A stretch of 64,000 bases of DNA, taken from contig JAGIQG010000020.1 of NCBI GenBank assembly GCA_024679065.1, forward strand, positions 8,742,001-8,806,000. The letters are read 5' to 3'. Under the pieces are notes generated by a model, which did no database searches, was not told the DNA's origin, and worked only from the letters and a program-made list of their open reading frames with translations. Made by a program: the position numbers and the translations under genes. Within the stretch, counting starts at the first letter, position 1. Every line of letters starts with the position of its first letter. This DNA comes from Sphyrna mokarran. Lineage: Eukaryota. Shown piece by piece: positions 12,546-25,626 of the stretch.

Positions 12546-13595
12546 GGCAGTAATACCCATGTTTTGTTCTCTTACTAGTCACTGACAATCACAGAGCCAG
12601 CAGCAGAGCTGAACGAGTCCACAACAATACTCAAAGACCTGATAACCTCACATCATTCCAAAAACAACTGATTGGATAGGTAGAAAATGAATCTTAATTT
12701 CTGAAGAACGCAAACATCCTGCACATTACTGATGTTTGTTACTATGTTATCCAGTAATAATACGGTCGATTATTACTGGCGGAATTCCCGCAACAGTATG
12801 GTTACATTGGATACCCAGGATTAATGCGAAATGTTAGGCGGAGCATCTTGTACTGAACGGTTTTCAGTGAATTTGGGGACCAGTGGGAATTTGGGGACCA
12901 CGCTATCCTTCCGCAGACTAAATGCAAGAAAGATCTTAAAACACAATGTTGCTTTAAGTGGAATGAAGCAGCCTGATGTAAAAGTTTCGAAAATAATTCT
13001 AGCCTTTTAAACAAGACTAAAAAAAGGCAGAATATGAAACAGCTTCAACCGTCATGTCGCTTTCATACAATTATAGAATTACAGAGCACACAAGTGGACC
13101 GACCATAGTTGTAAAACAAAACTACCGACTTAGCTCATTTCCATGCCTTTTTTTTGTTTTAAAATGTTTATCGTCTTACTAATAGTTCCACTCGCAGTGT
13201 TCATATAGCTAGGGCACTCTACTCCTAACACTGGCTAAGCGAAGGGAAATATCTCATCTTTCTAACAATCGCATTCAAATCATCACTTCGCCGACTGGAT
13301 CAGATGGGTCAAAATTCTAGGAAGTCCCAGCAGATCAGACCGTGAGCTTCCCGTGAACTGATTTTCACTCGTAATTAAAATGCCCCTTTACCCTATCACA
13401 TAACTGCACTCCAGAAAACCACTGAAGTTCTGAGCCCAGCTTTCACTGTAATATCATTGGCTGCTGAATCAAAGCATGAAAATGTTTCAGAAGAAATCAT
13501 TTTGATTTGCACTCATTCAATCCACCGTTTCGAAGTACGTTTTGTTATTTAGATAGTGTCACAAATGTTAGAGGACATTAAAGTGATTTACTTAC

Positions 13596-13943
13596 TGCTC
13601 AGATTCAACTTCGTTCCTCTCCCAAAAATGAAACTACATCCATTGCTGAGCCAAGCACAACAGTGATAATCTGCAGCGTCCTCCGACTGCACGTTGGTGA
13701 TGGTTAAATGCATCTTGTTACTCGATGAGTCCACAGACCCGGTGAATCGGTCTGGAATGTCTGAACCTCTGGTAGAGCTCTGGTACCAAACGAACACAGG
13801 GGTACTGCCGGATTTCTGCCAGTACCAGCTCGTGTCGTATCTGTTAATGCTGTCTCCCGACATGGTGCAGGTAATGGCGACAATCTTTCCCGGTGAAGAT
13901 GAAATGGATCGTGGTTGGGTCAGGACAGAACCCTCAATTGCAC
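13596..13943 (-). CDS. IgL: Germline-joined VJ exon, cluster 1
   Basis: Acceptor ttcaccag at 13944, donor GTAAGT at 13595; V-set motifs ITC, WYWQK, IPDRFTGS, EDAADYHC run in frame into the J motif FGRGTKL; 348 nt. Confidence 0.96.
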
Positions 13944-14078
13944 CTGGTGAAATGCAAAGTATTATCAGTCACACATTGTGAGATGTTGAATATAGCGTAC
14001 AATTCAGGTTCGTTGCAACACAAGTGCAAAAGCATAACGAAAAAATGAGCGTTACCTCAGCTTGACGCCCGTACTTAC

Positions 14079-14127
14079 TGTGGAAACAGAGAATCAGTGC
14101 GGCGAGAACTCCAATAGATTGTGTCAT
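14079..14127 (-). CDS. IgL: Leader (signal peptide) exon, cluster 1
   Basis: ATG at 14127, MTQSIGVLAALILCFH, 49 nt, donor GTAAGT at 14078. Confidence 0.92.
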
Positions 14128-14248
14128 CGTGAAGGTTTGGGGAGAGGAAGAAGGAAAATAAATCCAGACACGAATGCGCTTCTGAGTTCTTTCCAACCTG
14201 TCCTTAAAAAGACTCAAACAAAACAGGGCGAATGAATATTAATTACGT

Positions 14249-14270
14249 ATGCAAATTTCCTTTGACGTAA
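14249..14270 (-). promoter_or_regulatory. Ig promoter octamer (ATTTGCAT on the coding strand) with adjacent CRE-like TGACGTAA
   Basis: ATGCAAAT on + at 14249-14256, about 122 nt upstream of the ATG, in light-chain orientation; TGACGTAA at 14263-14270. Confidence 0.88.
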
Positions 14271-14629
14271 TATTAGGCCAAAAATCTCCATTTCGGTATT
14301 ATGTGATATTTGCAGAATGCAACGTTAGCCATTTTGGAAAAGAAGAAATATAAATCTCCCAATCCACATTATAACATGCAAAATGGCTCAATAACCAACC
14401 ACCCCACCCCCTCCCCCCAAAAAGAAACAAATGGTGCGGTGAAACATAAACAGATCATGGCTTGATCTGGAAACTGCAGATCACAATAAATAAATGTTGC
14501 GGATAGTAAAGAGTATAATAGCCGTAGCGTTCATGCCGCATAAATTACAGACGAAAAGTGTGAGTTGAGATTTCATGTGCGCACAGAGGAGCGTAAGTGA
14601 ATTGACCACACTCCTTATTGGTTTCTCGG

Positions 14630-14845
14630 GATAGATAGACAGACAGATAGGTAGGTAGATAGATAACTAGACAGGTAGATGTACAAAGATGGATGAGTAG
14701 AGACAGAGATATATAGATATAGAAATAGATAGATATAAATAAATAGACAGCTAGATAGCAAGAAATAGATAGATGGAGCAAGTGGTCGATAGGTAGATCG
14801 ATCGATAGATAAATAGAATGATAGAGATAGATAGATGGATATCTG
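14630..14845. repeat. Degenerate (GATA/TAGA)n microsatellite upstream of promoter 1
   Basis: gatagatagacagacagataggtaggtagatagata... Confidence 0.9.
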
Positions 14846-15721
14846 AAGTGAACGAATGATAGACAAGTCCCTAAGGACATTTTATTACCTTCCTGGAATG
14901 TGATTGAGGTGCCAAAACTGTCCACTTAGATTTATTCAAGTGTTGGAAACCCACGGCATACATAGTGAGTGAAGCGTTGGCAAAATGCTCTAGGAAACAG
15001 AGCTCTCGCATGACTTTCGTTGTTGGAGTTGAGGGGTATATTTGCTGTCATAGGAAACAATGAGTTTGAGAATGTCAATGCATTGGCCGGAATGAGCTGA
15101 AAGTAGCGGTTTTTTAAAAAATCAGATTTCTGATGGCAGTCACTCTCCTCCAACAGTACCTTCGACTCCCGCCGCGCAACAGTATTGCAGGAGTCATCGT
15201 ACAATGTTCCATTGCACCCACGTTTGAAAAATTAAACAAAATCAGACAAGCACTTTAAAGGTTGTAAGCGTTAGCTTGTCACACATGTTAACACGTGTCC
15301 TTAAAAATTTGTGAGAAGTAACATTTTGGCTATGCAGTTGGAGCTCATAGAGGAGGATAAAGAAATGAATTAATTATTTTGCGTAGAGAGCTAGCGATCA
15401 TGGTTGCAGATGCAGTTGCGTCAGTATAAAGAATTCGAGAAGATTCACCGCAGAAGGAGGGTAATCAGCCCATTGCATCCATGTCTGTTCTGTAAAGGAG
15501 CGATCGAACTTCTGTCTTGATCTTACTCCAGGTTCCAACATATTTTCCACCATTTTGACAGTGATTGTTAAATTCTTTTCCTTTCTCCTTTCATCCAATT
15601 GTCTCCGGATCATTAAGTAAGAATTTCTACATGCTTTTAAAAAGGAAAATGCTCATTAAAATAAGTGTGGTTACTCAGGAAAAGGAGTATTCGAAATTCA
15701 TAATACGAAATGAGGAAATAG

Positions 15722-17553
15722 CAAAACAAAGAACAAAGAACAAAACAGCATGGGAAACAGGTCCTTCGGCCCAACGAGCCCGCGCCGCCACCCCGATGTT
15801 CCCACCTTTACCCGTGATCCCTGTCTATGTTTATAGATCTATGGATTAAAATCCAAATTTGAGACAATTTAGGGAGAATTTGTTTTGCCAATTAGCCTAA
15901 GAGCACATCTTTGGGATGTGGGAGGAAACCGGAGCACCCGGAGAAAAACCCACGCAAGCACGGGGAGAATGCGCAAACTCCCACAGACACAGGCCCAAAT
16001 CCATGTATCTGCACAGCACAGCGATAGTCACTGAGCTGTCGTGTTGCCTACCAAATGATCCAGGTCAAGCATACACTAACGACGTGAAGCATTAGGATAC
16101 TCTCGAAAAATCCAAGAGCAGCCCTCTCACGACCCATCGCGTGTATGCCCTTGTTAGACAACAAGGCGGACCAAAGCACCTGTAGGATAAAAACAAGTAC
16201 ATCAATATCATTATCTATTTACACTCTTCCCAGGGACTCCCAAGGTTCATGACCCCTATTTTAAATCAGTTTTCTATACCCCTCCATCCCCATTCTGATC
16301 ACGTGCCCATCTAAGTATCTCTTAAATAACTCCAGAGTGCCTGCTTCCACCACTTTACTTGGCAGCGCATTCCATACCCCCACCACCCTCTATGTGAAAA
16401 AATTCCCTCCAGCATCCAAATTATACCTTACCCCCCTCACGCTAAGCCCATGACCCCTCGTGCTATTTGAGTCCATCCTAGGAAAAAGCTTAACCCTGTT
16501 TACTCTATCTATACCCCTCATAATCATGTACACCTCTATTAGATCTCCTCTAAGTCTACATCCTTCTAAGGAAAACAGCCCCAATTTGCCTAACCTCTCC
16601 TCGTAACTCAGACCTTCCACACCAGGCAACATCCTGGCAAACCTCCTCTGCACTCTCTCCAGAGTCTCCACGTCCTTCCAGTAGTAAGGCGACCAGAACT
16701 GGATGCAGTATTCCAAATGAGGTCTAACCAACGTTTTATACAACTGCAAAATTAAAGGCCATCGCTTGTACTCTATACCCCTTCCTATAAAGGCTAGCAT
16801 ACTATATGCTTTCTTCACAATCTTCTCCACCTGCTCTGCCACCTTCAGAGGCTTGTGCACCTGCATTCCCAAGTCCCTCTGAGTTTCTATATTCTTAATA
16901 GGTCTACCCTTTATCATATACCTCCCCCCTACATTCTTTCTCCCAAAATGCATCATCTCACATTTATCAGGATTGAATTCCATCTGCTATCTACCTGTCC
17001 GAGCTACCAGCCAATCTATGTCTTGCTGCATCGCCTGACAATGCTCCTCACTATCCGCAAGTCCAGCCATCTTTGTATCGTCTGCGAACTTGCTGATCAC
17101 TCCACTTACTCTCTCTTCCAAGTCATTTATATGTATTACAAATAGAAGAGGTCCCAGTACCGAGCCCTGCAGCATACCACTAGTGACCGACCTCCAGCTA
17201 GAAAGACACACTTCCACTATTACTCTCTGTCTCCTATTACTAAGCCAGTTACTTATCCATCTAGCTATTGTCCTTGTATCCCATGAGCCTTGACCTTTTC
17301 AACTAACCTCCCATGAGGGACTTTGTCAAACGCCTTACTGAAATCCATATAGATGACATCAACGGTTCGCCTTTCGTCGACCGTTTTCGTCACCTCCTCA
17401 AAAAATTCTACCAGATTCGTAAGGCACGACCTCCCCTTAACAAAGCCATGATGCGTATCCCTAATCAGATTGCAACGCTCTAAGTGCCTATACTTCCTGT
17501 CTCTAAGAATCCTCTCCAACATCTTCCCTACCACTGACGTCAAACTCACCGGC
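15722..17553 (-). mobile_element. Young 5'-truncated CR1 LINE (subfamily B), frameshifted RT; present only in this unit
   Basis: ORFs 17265-17549 (HGFVKGRSCLTNL..MDFSKAFDKVPH), 16987-17217 (QGSVLGPLLF..KFADD) and 16390-16983; tail aaaacaaagaacaaagaac; empty site at ~32160 and ~52670. Confidence 0.93.
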
Positions 17554-17799
17554 GTATAATTTCTCCACCTCGCTGTAGAATAGATAGATAATATTTATTG
17601 CTTGGAGGTGAAGAGAAAGAAGGAAGCGAGTAAGGTAAAGCAATTCGAAGCACCAGGTCAATGCTACTGATAAAACGATCAGAACTAAAGGCTGTCAAGT
17701 CGTTCGGACATGATGGAGCTGGGAAGGTACCTTTGCGGAGAATGGATGTAGGCGGGGTGGGCCGTTTGGCCTCCTTCTGCATTATAGTGATTTTACAAT

Positions 17800-19025
17800 T
17801 TCATGAGATCGGGAAATAACATATCTAACTCCTCTATTCAAGAAAGGAAAGAGACAGAAAACATAATTGCATGTCACCCAATTAGCCTAACATCTGTCAA
17901 AAGTTAAATACTCGAGTCTACTATCAGAAGATTATAGCAGGGCACTTATAATTATGCAGAGTCAACACGGTTTTGTATAATTGAAGCCATACTTTCCTAA
18001 TTTGTTATACTTACTGGAGCAACTTATTAATAACGTGAATAAAGAGAAACCTGTAAACTTGGATTTATGAAAAGTTTTTAATAAAATCCTGCTTCAATAC
18101 ACATTATGACAAGCCAAATAGGAGCTCATCATGTATGAGGGAATGTTTATCACGAATCGAGCACTGGTTCGCTTACAGAAACAGAGAGGTGAGGAACTGA
18201 GTCATTTTCTGTGGCGGGGAATGTGGGGGGCCTGGAGGGCAAACTGTAGTCGGTGGTATGTGACATCTAGGGCCTCAACTATTTTCAATTTATAGAAATG
18301 ACCTGGATGATGGGACGGATTTATTGCAATTCTTTTCTCACAACATTAATACAGGGGAAAAAGTAAATTGTGAAGTTAGCATAAATAATATACAAAGTGA
18401 GTTAGATAGGCTAATTGAGTGGCAAATAGAAGCAGGCGGAGTACAATGTGGTAAAATGCGAATTCGTCCACTTTGGCAGGAAGAATGGAAAGCAGCAAAT
18501 TATTCACACGGAGATGAGAGCGCAAAGATCTGCAACACTAAAGGATCTGGATGCCTGGAACATGATTCACAAAACTTCGGCATAAAGCTGTAAGTGATTA
18601 GGAAAGCAATTGCAATGCTGTCACTTATTGCAAGTGGGATGGAATGTAAAAGTAGGGAAGATTCGCTACAAATGTGTCGGCATTGGTGTGAACACATCTG
18701 ACGTACTTTCCTGTTGGCACGCCTACCTTAGAACGGATACAATAACACCAGCAACAGTTCGGAGAAATCAGCTGAAATGGATATCATATAGGGAAAGGTT
18801 GAACAAGTTGAACCTGTACCCATTAGAGTTTAGAAGAATTAAAGGTGATCCTTCTGGAGCACCTACTATCCTCAGGGGAATTGAGATGGTGAAGACTGAG
18901 GAAGTGCTTCCCGTCGAAAGAGACTGGAACGAGGGGACATGAATTCAAATAAGAGGTTTTCTTCATAAGAGATGAAGATAAAGAGAATTTCATTCTCTGT
19001 GAGGGCCTGTGGAACTCTCTTTACC
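17800..19025 (+). mobile_element. Decayed CR1 LINE fragment
   Basis: SYRERLNKLNLYPLEFRRIKGD (ORF 18610-18942) and other CR1 remnants. Confidence 0.7.
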
Positions 19026-19029
19026 AGGA

Positions 19030-20690
19030 ATATCCAATCGTGAATGGTAGTGGGTAATTAAAAAACTCACTGGAGAAGAAGGCATCACAAATTCCCCATC
19101 CTCAATGAGCAGTGAAAAAGATCAGACTAAAGCCTTCGCAACAATCTTTTGTCACAAGTGCCAAGTGGATGATCTATCTTCGTCTTTTACAAAAATGGTT
19201 AGCATCACAGATGTCAACCTTCAGCCAATTCAATTCGCTCCACGTGATATCAAAAAATGGCCGAACGCGTTGCATACTGCAAAGGCTTTGGGCCCTAACC
19301 ATATTCTGCTGACAGTGCTGAAGACCTGTGCTCCAGGCTATGCGATCCCTTCAGTCGAGTTGTTTCAGTACATCTACCCGGCATTGCAGAAAATTGCCCA
19401 GTTATGTCCTCTACTCAAAACGGAGGGCTATCCAACTTTGTTCATTAGCCATCAGGCCACTCCAGCTAATCAGTAAATTGATGGAAGAGATCATTAGCAA
19501 GGCTATCAAACGGCAGGAACTTAGCAGGAACCTATTCATTGACACATGGTTTGAATTCCGTTAGTCACTCAGCACCTGACTTCATTACAGCCTTGGGTCA
19601 AACATGGACAAGAGTAATTGAACGTCAGATGTGAAATGACTGCCTCTGATGTCAAGGCAGCACGTATGGAACTAAGGAGCCCGAGCAATGTTGGAGTCAA
19701 TTAGAATCAGAGGGAAAATTCTACGCTGGCTGGAGTCATACCTACCAAGAGGAAGAGTCTTGGCATGGTTGGAGTTCAATCCTCTAACTTGAGCACTTTT
19801 CTGTAGGAGTTTTTCAAGGTGGTGTCCGAGGTCCAACCATCTTCAGCTGCGCTATCGTTGACCTCCCTTGCAGCAGTGGACAGTACCATTCCCCCATCCT
19901 CAGAGACTGAAGCCGTGCATGTCCAATTGCAGTAAGCCCTGGACAATATCGAAGTTTGGGTTGACAAATGGCAAGTAATCTTCGTGACAAAGTAGTGCCA
20001 GAAAATGACCATCTCCAACAACAGAGAATCTAACCATTGTCCCTTGACGTTCAATAAGAACATAAGGACATAAGAAATAGGAGCAGGATTAAGCCATCTA
20101 GCCCCTCGAGCCTGCCCCGCCATTCAATGAGATCAGAAGCTGAACTGGTTTTGACATTCAAATATGGTGACTGCAAGAGCAGGTCAGACGCTATGAATTA
20201 TGTGGCAAGTATCCCACTTGCTGACTCGCCAAACCTGTCCAGTATCTGCGAGACACAAGTCAGGAGTGTGGTGGAATACTTTGCATTAGCCAGGAGAGTG
20301 CAGCTTCGATAGCTTTCAAGAAGCTCACAACATCCAGGACAAAACTTGACTGGCATTTCTTCCACAAACTCCCTCCGCCACGATGAACAGAGGCAGTAGT
20401 GTGTACCATCTGCAAGGTGCATGCAAAAACCCATCCAGGCTCCATAGGCAGCATCTTACAAAATCACATTGTTCCCATCCAGAAGGACAAAGGCAGCAGA
20501 TACATGGGAACATCACCATCTTAGCCCACCCTTCCAACTCATTCGCAATTCGACTTGGCGATATATTGCTTACCTAGACCATAGGGTCTGAGCTGATTCA
20601 ACAAAGCAGTTCACCATCATCATCTCGAGGGCGGTTAGCGGTGAGGGATACATGCTGGTCTAGCCACCGATGCCCACAATTCGTAAAAAA
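19030..20690 (+). mobile_element. Decayed LINE of a second family (paralogs ~32985-35370, ~55035-57420)
   Basis: KAFATIF..CQVDD..AKALGPNHILLTVLKTCAP..ISKLMEEII, typical non-LTR ORF2 remnants. Confidence 0.7.
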
Positions 20691-23600
20691 ATACAGAATT
20701 CGATAGATTCCTAATTAAAAAGGGACTCAAAGAGTATAGGGATAGACAGGAATGTGGGGTCGAGCCCACGATCACATCAGCCATGACCTTAGGCCCATTA
20801 TTCGTTTGAATTCATATGATCACATGATTCGTATTTGCGCTCTTTTTGTCTGCTTTTATCCTATTAAATTTCTGAGTCTTCGGTTCCATTAAAGTGGCAC
20901 TGGCAGCATTATATTTAATGAATGACATAGGAAAAGAAGTGAGCGTAAAACATTTAGTAACACAGGGTTCTTGCCGCTTCTAATCATTCGGATTTTCTAA
21001 TATTTATGGGCATTTTCAACTGAAAAGGCGAACTCAGTAAACATCTGAATCATTTGACAATAGTTTAAGGGAATATTTTGAAAACGACTTTCATGTCCGA
21101 ATCTCTATTTTCCAGGTGTCCGCGCATTTTGCCAGGAATTGATATTTTGAGATATTTTAACCGCAAATACACTTCGTGTAATTACATGGTCCTTGTTATA
21201 ACAAGTGCAATGTTGCCATCTGCTGGTTCAGCCCCCCAGAAAAAACGCACAAATTCATTGGGATTCGTTCTGGATTTCTTTCATCGTAGTCATGCATAGT
21301 CCAATAGCAAGCAATAGAAATTATGTTATAATTGTCACATAAAATGACAATTATAACATGAAATTCTGTATAAATTTAAGATATCTGGGAGCGCTGTGAA
21401 GAGAGAAACACAATTTCTGTATAAGGGTTATTCGCTCTGCCGTGTTGGGTGAAACAGTGCTCAGTCTTTAATAAACAGTGCTACAAGTTTTGTTTTCAAT
21501 TACGGAGGTAGTTACAGATGAGAATTAGAGGCCAGGAGTGAAAGAATTTGGGGGAGGGAGAGGCAAACATCAGAGCGCATATATAACCTAACAGAAAGCA
21601 AGAACACAACTGGTGCCATGCTGAAAACATAACTATTATTAATATAACTTGTAAAGAGTTGAGGCCACAGCATTGATCAGTGTAGCACGCCATCCCTTAC
21701 ATTTTGTCAATCAGAACATTGTCCCTTTTGCCTATCCTCTGTTTCCCGTTCACTCGCAAATTTTCTGTCCATGCTCCCTCACGATAAACTCTTATTTTCC
21801 GCAATACCCTTTGTTGCAACATCTTAGTAAATGCTTATTGAAAATCACAGTACATCCACTACTCTCCTTTATCCACAGCACTTCAAATCATTCCAATAAA
21901 TTGGCTGAATATAATTCCCTTTGACGAAACTGTGTTGGCTCTATCTGATTACTGTGGTTTTACTTAAGTGCCCTGCTATCAAATCTTTAATAATCGTTGC
22001 TAACATTTTCCTTATATGTCACATGTTCAGCTAACTGGTGTTGTTCAGCTAACATGTGTTGGTTCTTGCTTTAGGCCTTTTTCTCCTATTGCATTCAGGC
22101 GCTACATTCGAAGTTTTCCAATCTAAGGGACGCCTCCTGGAAACTGGAGAATTTTGGAACATTAAAACCAACCCATCAATTGTCTCACTTGTCACTTCTT
22201 TTAAGACATTCGGGTGAAATCTATCAGGACCTGAGGGCTTATCAACTGACATCTTCAACAACTTTCTTGGTGTCATTTCCTGATAATTCTAATTTTCTTG
22301 AGTCCTTCTCTTCCATTTACTGCTTCAAAACTATTTCTGTGACTCTACTTGTATCCTCTACAGTGAGGGCTAAAGCAAAATGCCTGCGCTCTTTAGCTGC
22401 AATCTTTGTGTTTGCTACAAATTCTCCAGACTCAATTTCTATCGGACTGTCGCCCAGTGTTTAACTTTACAACTTTAAGTTGATGTATTAGTGTCACGAG
22501 CAGGCGTACATTAACACTGCAATAAAATTACTATGAAACCTCTTAGTCTCCACACTCCAGCACTGTTCGAATGTACTGAGGGAGAATTAGCAATACTAAG
22601 CACTGTGCCACAGTGCCAAAGGCAAGAAATAACTGAAAAAAACGAGAGTACTCGGGAAACAAATCAGTTGGTCTGGAAGCATATGTGGAGACAGAAACAA
22701 AGTGAAAATTGCGCCTCTAAATGTGCCAGATGAAAATGTATGCAACGAGTTTTGTTGACCTGACATTGACTGAAAGAGTACAGGAAATCGTTCCAGTTAT
22801 AACTTCAAGATGAAAATTGGATTGATTCATGAAACTGATGTCTGCATGAAATGTTGATCAAGCACTGGAGTGCAAATTACTTGGATAGCTCTTTCAAAGT
22901 GTATGGTGGGTTAATTGTATTTTTCCGTTGTATTCATCTGTGAAATGTTTGGGAACTGCACTCAGTGTAAGGTTACTAAGTCATTTATCAACTGTGTTCC
23001 CCTTTGGAGGGAGCCAGATGTTTATCCTTTCTATGTACACATATTTTTCTTTAGCTGGTGACGTAAAGTTACATAGCCAGTTGCCATGATCAGAAATGCA
23101 AAAGTTTAAGTGATGAACGGACAGATTCAAAAATTTACATGTGAAGTTAAGAACAGTTGAAAGATTATGGCGAGAAATTGTCTTATATTAATGGGCCATC
23201 ATCACTTCTCTGTGCTTCTGTCCTAATTGTTATAGGTAAAAGACACCTCTGTGACTGCTAGTGAGTCAAAAAACAGTGAGTTTTATTTCAAAAGCTTTTG
23301 GGAGAAATCTGATCTCAACTGTGGTTTATAAGGCTTCGTTTATGCAATCGATCTTCAGAATTGAACCCTTCAGCAATTACTTCACCCTGACGAATCAGCC
23401 GTATACCCATTCATGATACCAATATATCTACGGCAATCGTACCACCTCACCCGCCACGGAATCCGAGGGGCAGAGAAAGGAAATGTCGCTTGATCTCCGG
23501 CGGGAATTTCCGGTCTCGATCGAGAGAGGCCCTAATAATCCCACAGTTCAGTGTGAAAAACTTAATGCAGCACTCCAGATGAGATCTGACCAAGGTTGTA

Positions 23601-25107
23601 ATCAACAGAAAGCATTACTTCTCCACTTTTTTTTAAATTTCAATGCCCTTGTGATAAAGGGGGGCATTCTGTTTGATTTCTAATTTACCTTCTGTTCATG
23701 TACAGGGACACCCAAATCGCTTTGTTCATTCAAAACATCTCGCCTCTTAACGTTAGATTAATATTTTCGAGCAGCTCACTGTGATATTTTAGAATCACAG
23801 AATTGGCTGATCTATTCACTTAGATTATCTGTGAAATTCTACTGAAGAGTCAGCCAGCTTTCGGTGCCTTTGTAATTTAATCTGATCTACCGACATACTT
23901 ATGAAACTCTCTGACCCTCTATTTCAACGGCAAAATGCTCTCGTTCACGAAACGATTCTCAGGAATCCGCATTTCTCATATGCAACCAATTTGGGAACAA
24001 ATCCTTGATCAGTACATTCTCTCTTCTACCAATAACCAATCCCCGACCTATACATTCAAATAAATTATTGATTTGCTCTGCCCCTGGATTTTTTTTTATG
24101 TCTCCCTGTTTTCGGACTCACTCACGGTTGAAAATCTTTCTCTGCCTTACCCTATCATAACTTTTCCTAACATTAAAGCCGCCTATTATACCTCCGCATC
24201 CTCTCCTCAGAGAGAAGAGCCCAACATATTCATTTTCCTGATAGGTACATCGTCCCAATTCCAGTAAAGATCTGGCAAATAGTTTTTGCACTGTCTCGTA
24301 TTCTACAACATCATTTTTCAGGTGTATAGACTATAAATGAGTAAAACTCAATGCAAGTCTAATAAATCCCCGCATGTTTTGTTTTGTTCATCTGTAAGTG
24401 CATCAACACCTTGATTGCACGTTTTACTAAGTGCGCAACTTCTTGCTGCTTATAGCAATTTATGTCTTGCAAGCCCAAATCTAATTGAAAAAATAAAACA
24501 ATAATGCATCAAAGGGACGTCCTGTCGATTTTGCGATTCGTATGAAGCTGAAGTCTTTTTAAAAAATAAAACAGATTTTGTTCTCAGCTGGTTTGAGTCA
24601 ACGTCTCACTGAAAAATAATCTGCGCAAGTTGACTTGTTAGTAAAAAGTCTGCTTCAGTATCGTCATTGTAGACCAATTAAAGCAATTGGTTGGTTTATT
24701 TAAAAACTGACTTGCAGTCCCAGAATCTACGTTGCATCTGGTGTATTAAAAAATGAGGCAGTGACAGAGTTTGTCCTGAATTTTTGTAACCGACTGGTTT
24801 AGAAGTGTGTGCCCCTTTATCGTATTTTTGTACATCTCGAAACGCAGTTCAGCACTTCCACTGCAATGGCGGAATATAACTAGGTCCATTTTAAAACAAA
24901 TGTTGCAATATTACTTCATGGTGTTAATCTAATGTTATCGATCGTCTCCTAGTTGCGCCTGGATATCATTGGCTTTAAATAAAACGTGTAGGATATCACA
25001 ATGATATAATATCACTATTTAATTCCCTTTAGAATCTTACCATTAATTGTTTTTTATGGGGAAGAGAGAGAAGAATAGAACATCGGTACAGATAACGGTA
25101 TAATGAT

Positions 25108-25113
25108 TTTATT
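25108..25113 (-). terminator. Polyadenylation signal AATAAA, cluster 2
   Basis: tttatt on +; proximal copy at 25246-25251. Confidence 0.7.
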
Positions 25114-25303
25114 ACACAGTAGTATCAATGACACTACACTGAAGCTCTGATCCATTGAGGATGAACAAGTTAAATTGAAACTAAGGGAATCAGCCGAACT
25201 GCTACAAACTGATGAAATGCTTGAAATGTTCCACTACTTGCGAAATTTATTTTCAAATGACACTTTACTAATGCAGAATACAAAAATGCATTAGATGCAT
25301 GAA

Positions 25304-25626
25304 TCAGATACATTTGGATCTGGAGATACTTGTTTGAAGCGGGTTTGCTAGAGCCTCATGTTTGACCACACAGGAGTAAAGCTCGTGTGAGTTCCACTCT
25401 GAGGCTGACAGAGTCAGATAACTGCTCACACTGAACATGTTGTCCGCCTCCTGCTGGATCCGACTGGTCTCAACTCCATTCCCTCTGACGCTGCCATCTA
25501 CAGTCCATTCAATCTCCGCCGCTCCTGGGTTAAAACCGCTCACCAAACACACCAGGGTCGCCATGTTTTTCGCTGTGATTTGATCCGGTGAAGGCGGAAG
25601 GAGAGACACAGTGGGGCTCCGTGGAC
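25304..25626 (-). CDS. IgL: IgL constant exon, cluster 2
   Basis: Acceptor tttccag at 25627; PRSPTVSLLPPSPDQITAKNMATLVCLV...YSCVVKHE...SRSKCI*; 323 nt. Confidence 0.96.

Larger units (their letters stand above)
9048..14127 (-). other. IgL: Ig light-chain cluster 1 (L-VJ-C), chondrichthyan lambda/type II, germline-joined
   Basis: join(14127..14079,13943..13596,9370..9048) is open, with two phase-1 GT-AG introns: MTQSIGVLAALILCFHS-AIEGSVLTQPRSISSSPGKIVAITC...WYWQK...DYHCCAWLSNGCSFIFGRGTKLNLS-NPRSPTVS...SRSSCI*. Confidence 0.95.

Noticed and set aside
12869-12900. Short direct repeat gaatttggggacca x2 in the J-C intron of cluster 1
   Set aside because: Two copies only, private to one cluster; simple local duplication, not an array.
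13969-14217. ORF-track extensions around the leader exons (also 29532-29741, 49988-50209) and 5' extensions of the C ORFs
   Set aside because: They start at non-ATG codons and read through introns; true exon limits are set by the ATG and GT-AG sites.
14545-14925. I/Y/L/S-rich ORFs (also 29989-30383, 50486-50896)
   Set aside because: Translation artefacts of the (GATA)n microsatellites.
16390-17549. Reverse transcriptase ORFs as a host gene or novel RT system
   Set aside because: Frameshifted, 5'-truncated CR1 ORF2 with a LINE tail and empty paralogous sites.
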